From Terriglobia bacterium (GTDB lineage: Bacteria; Acidobacteriota; Polarisedimenticolia; Polarisedimenticolales; JAIQFR01): 64,000 nt of DNA. The notes below the pieces were generated by a model. It was not told where the DNA came from. It ran no database searches and was given only the letters and a program-made list of their open reading frames with translations. The stretch is taken from NCBI GenBank assembly GCA_963748015.1, contig CAVVHE010000004.1, positions 1,856,001 to 1,920,000 on the forward strand. Direction: 5' to 3'. Positions 62,319 to 64,000 of the stretch are shown one piece after another. Position 1 is the first letter of the stretch; the number at the start of each line of letters is the position of its first letter. A program made the translations under genes and the position numbers.

Positions 62319-64000
62319 TCAGTAGCCCAGCCTGAGCCCCAGCTCGACCGTCCTCGGGGGACCTGCGAGGCCGATCACGGCCCCGAACTCCGGCGAGATC
62401 GCGCGACCGTCGATCAGTCCGCCGTTCACCCGGTCGAGCAGGTTGAAGACCTGCAGGAACATCTCGCCCTTGCCGCGCTCGCCGCGCAGGGCGAACGGCT
62501 TCGAGACCTTGAGATCCACCTGGAAGTAAGACGGGGCGTGGATCGCCCCGATCGTGGTCAGCGGCTCCTGGCCGCGGAGCTGCCGCAGCTCGTTCTCGCG
62601 GGCCCGCAACTCGTTGACCGTGTCCACCGGGGTGCCGTCGCCGGTGTTCCGGCTCACCCCGTTCGGACGGTCCGTGGTGATCCCGTCGAGATTGTCGTCC
62701 TGGCCGGTGGTGACGTTGAACGGGGCCGACGAGCTGACCTGCACCATCCCCGACGCGCGAAGCCCGAGCCATGGAAGACCGTGCTCGCCCGAAAGGACGA
62801 AGCGGTGGCGCCGATCCGCGTCGGACCGCGCCCTCTCGCCGCTCAGGGAGTCGGAGTCGGGCGGGAGGTAGATGCCCCCCTTCAGCGGATCGGGCCCCAT
62901 GTCCTCGGAGCGCGACAGCGTGTAGGACGCCGCGTACCAGCCCGTCTCCCCCTGCCAGCGCCAGGTGAGGTCGAGCCCGGAGTACCAGCTGCGCCCGTCG
63001 GTCACGACCGCGGCGATCGAGCCGGTGGTCTCGTCGCGCTCGTGCTTCGGCTCGCACGAGTAGATGTAGCGAGGATCGGGACTCGTGGTCAGCCCGTCCA
63101 CGCAGAGGTACGCGGTCACGGGGTTCAGATCGCGCATCAGGGCCCGGTTGTACCCGAGCGCGCGGGTAGCCTCGACCTGAACGCTTCCATGACTCCCGAC
63201 CCTGCGCTCGGCCCCCAGCGACCACTGGACCGTGTAGGGGGTGTCTAGGCGGGTCCCGGTCGAGAACCTCATGATGAGCGCATCGGGAGCGAACGGGCTG
63301 TCGTCCATGGTGACCACCTGCTTGATGATCGGCCCGAGCACCGGGTCCTCCACCGTGGTCTCGGTGATCGGGAGGGTCGTCCCCTGGACCGGCACGAGGC
63401 GGATCTCGGTCCCCGACATGATGGACGCCACCGCCGGGTACGCGAGGACCAGCTTGTCGTAGAACACGCCGCCGCCGCCGCGAACGACCCACTGGCGGTC
63501 CGCCCCGAACGTGTAGGTGAACCCGAGCCGGGGCGCGATGTTGTTCCGGTCGGCGGTGGCCCCGCCGTTCGGGATCGTGGAATCCACGCGGGCGGAGCTG
63601 GGCAGCTCGAAGGTGCTCACGTCGTAGCGAAGGCCGTAGTCGATCAACAGCTTCGGAGAAACCTGCCAACCGTCCTGCGCGAAGACGGCCACCTGCGTGT
63701 CCCACAGCGTCGCCTGCGGCTCCCCCATGATGTAGCTGTAGAAGACGGGGAACGTTCCGACGTCCGCCGGCTCCCCCGTGGTCCCCGCGGGGCAAGGGAC
63801 GAACGGATAGGTCCCGTTCCTGATGGCGTCGCCGACCGCGGATGCGAAGCCGTACATCGGGAAGCCGTTCGGATCGCCGGGGTAGTAGCACATCCCGGGG
63901 TTGTACGGGGCATCCGTGGTGTACAGCAGGTTCCCGTTGGGATTGAATCGCGTTCCGATGGTCGTGCGCGTGCGGGTCAGGTCCAAGCCGAACTTCATCG
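62319..64000 (-). CDS. TonB-dependent receptor, Oar-like (C-terminal part; start outside window)
   Basis: FAQDGW..GLRYD, DRNNIAPRLGF, VRGGGGVFY, YTLSRS.D, D.RHRF, FNLL..N, PRTVELGLRLGY. Confidence 0.88.
   Translation of the reverse strand, partial: MKFGLDLTRTRTTIGTRFNPNGNLLYTTDAPYNPGMCYYPGDPNGFPMYGFASAVGDAIRNGTYPFVPCPAGTTGEPADVGTFPVFYSYIMGEPQATLWDTQVAVFAQDGWQVSPKLLIDYGLRYDVSTFELPSSARVDSTIPNGGATADRNNIAPRLGFTYTFGADRQWVVRGGGGVFYDKLVLAYPAVASIMSGTEIRLVPVQGTTLPITETTVEDPVLGPIIKQVVTMDDSPFAPDALIMRFSTGTRLDTPYTVQWSLGAERRVGSHGSVQVEATRALGYNRALMRDLNPVTAYLCVDGLTTSPDPRYIYSCEPKHERDETTGSIAAVVTDGRSWYSGLDLTWRWQGETGWYAASYTLSRSEDMGPDPLKGGIYLPPDSDSLSGERARSDADRRHRFVLSGEHGLPWLGLRASGMVQVSSSAPFNVTTGQDDNLDGITTDRPNGVSRNTGDGTPVDTVNELRARENELRQLRGQEPLTTIGAIHAPSYFQVDLKVSKPFALRGERGKGEMFLQVFNLLDRVNGGLIDGRAISPEFGAVIGLAGPPRTVELGLRLGY

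Overview
High-GC, gene-dense bacterial chromosomal window with about 46 protein genes. I found no rRNA, tRNA, CRISPR array, transposase or prophage. The gene content (acidobacterial-type VWA protein, Oar-like TonB receptor, Ser/Thr kinase-TPR proteins, DUF5916) suggests an Acidobacteriota-like organism; this is inference only. The main feature is an operon at about 50.2-59.8 kb: unknown protein, two DRTGG proteins, an RsbT-like kinase, a degenerate [FeFe]-hydrogenase-like protein and a Cys-rich protein, followed by NuoE-like, NuoF-like and a 1255-aa GltD/FdhA-like subunit. This looks like a HydABC/StnABC-type electron-bifurcating NADPH/NAD/ferredoxin oxidoreductase carrying a regulatory cassette that is normally seen beside hydrogenases. 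Other notable items are a lone archaeal-type topoisomerase VI B gene, a stress/translation cluster (HEAT protein, divergent EF-G, Usp, Hsp20, Lon, Csp) and a DTW protein with an exonuclease-like extension. Non-coding items are two copies of a ~164-bp structured repeat with compensatory changes, a CTAG-flanked MITE and a perfect 32-bp inverted repeat. Many single-base frameshifts occur in the first 33 kb and are probably sequencing or assembly errors. All product calls come from motif recognition by eye; no database search was run.
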